From Mobula hypostoma (Eukaryota): DNA of 64,000 nt. The stretch lies in the NCBI RefSeq assembly GCF_963921235.1, contig NC_086100.1, positions 198,774,001-198,838,000 of the forward strand. Reading direction: 5' to 3'. Both the position numbers and the translations under genes were made by a program. This document shows positions 62,679 through 64,000 of this stretch, piece after piece; the stretch's first letter is position 1, and every line of letters begins with the position of its first letter. Under the pieces are notes generated by a model. That model did not search any database, was not told the DNA's origin, and saw nothing but the letters and a program-made list of their open reading frames with translations.

Positions 62679-63700
62679 GAGGGAGCTTCACTCTGTGTCT
62701 GACCCCGGGAGTGTGTGATGGGACAGTGTAGAGGGAGCTTCACTCTGTGTCTGACCCTGGGAGTGTGTGATGGGACAGTGTGGAGGGAGCTTCACTCTGT
62801 GTCTGACCCCGGGAGTGTGTGATGGGACAGTGTAGAGGGAGCTTCACTCTGTGTCTGACCCTGGGAGTGTGTGATGGGACAGTGTGGAGGGAGCTTCACT
62901 CTGTGTCTGACCCCGGGAGTGTGTGATGGGACAGTGTAGAGGGAGCTTCACTCTGTGTCTGACCCTGAGAGTGTGTGATGGGACGGTGTAGAGGGAGCTT
63001 CACTCTGTGTCTGACCCTGGGAGTGTGTGATGGGACAGTGTGGAGGGAGCTTCACTCTGTGTCTGACCCTGAGAGTGTGTGATGGGACGGTGTAGAGGGA
63101 GTTTCACTCTGTGTCTGACCCCGGGAGTGTGTGATGGGACAGTGTAGAGGGAGCTTCACTCTGTGTCTGACCCCGGGAGTATGTGATGGGACAGTGTAGA
63201 GGGAGCTTCACTCTGTGTCTGACCCCGGGATTGTGTGATGGGACAGTGTAGAGGGAGCTTCACTCTGTGTCTGACCCTAGGAGTGTGTGATGGGACAGTG
63301 TAGAGGGAGCTTCACTCTGTGTCTGGCCCCGGGAGTGTGTGATGGGACAGTGTGGAGGGAGCTTCACTCTGTGTCTGACCCCGGGAGTGTGTGATGGGAC
63401 AGTGTAGAGGGAGCTTCACTCTGTGTCTGACCCCGGGATTGTGTGATGGGACAGTGTAGAGGGAGCTTCACTCTGTGTCTGACCCCGGGAGTGTGTGAAG
63501 GGACAGTGTAGAGGGAGCTTCACTCTGTGTCTGACCCCGGGAGTGTGTGATGGGACAGTGTGGAGGGAGATTCACTCTGTGTCTGACCCCGGGAGTGTGT
63601 GATGGGACAGTGTGGAGGGAGCTTCACTATGTTTGACACCAGGAGTGTGTAATAGGACTGTGTAGAGGGAGCTTCAGTCTGGGTCTGATCCCAGGGAATT
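62679..63700 (+). repeat. 52-bp minisatellite array (about 19 homogeneous copies) just 3' of the MMP21-like stop
   Basis: GAGGGAGCTTCACTCTGTGTCTGACCCCGGGAGTGTGTGATGGGACAGTGTA; period 52 (62679, 62731 and onward). Confidence 0.97.
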
Positions 63701-64000
63701 TGACTTTCCAGAGGATAAGAATACTAAAGCAATGATGTAATGCTAAGGGTTTATAAGGCATTGGTCAAACCACACTTGGCGTAATTATGAGCACTTTTGG
63801 GCCCCATATCTAAGAAAAGATGTGCTGGCAGACGTGGAGAGGATGTTTCGTATAGTGAGAGTCTAGGACCAGAGAGAACAACCTCAGAATAGAGGGGTGT
63901 CCATTTCATACCGAGGTGAGGAATTTCTTTAGGCCGAGGGTGATGAATCTGTGGAATTAATTGCCACAGACAACTGTGGAGGCCAACTTGGGTATATCTA

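Noticed and set aside
62679..63700. Regular repeats superficially like a CRISPR array (also 39455-40582 and 34750-37372)
   Set aside because: Head-to-tail tandem units with no unique spacers, no cas genes, and a eukaryotic context.

Overview
This is vertebrate genomic DNA. The repeat complement (CR1, Rex1/Babar, V-SINE-like and Penelope-like elements) suggests a cartilaginous fish, probably a ray; that is an inference. Two spliced + strand genes can be rebuilt by hand with GT-AG introns and consistent phases. The first is the last three coding exons of an HSPA12B-like gene (1816-2074, 6735-6838, 8539-9248). The second is a complete 7-exon MMP21-like gene (39184-62396; 2355 nt CDS, 784 aa). 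Its exon 2 is greatly enlarged by a degenerate 11-aa (33-nt) Asn/Gln/Ser repeat bracketed by two furin-type sites. Most of the rest is transposon-derived or minisatellite. The most notable hidden structure is a family of Penelope-like (GIY-YIG) retroelements and short non-autonomous derivatives. They carry a minimal type I hammerhead-ribozyme motif (AGTC-CTGACGA-AGG..CCT-GAA-ACGT-C-GACT), occur in tandem and inverted arrangements, and have 12-14 bp target-site duplications. All family assignments come from recognising motifs, not from database searches, and repeat boundaries are approximate.
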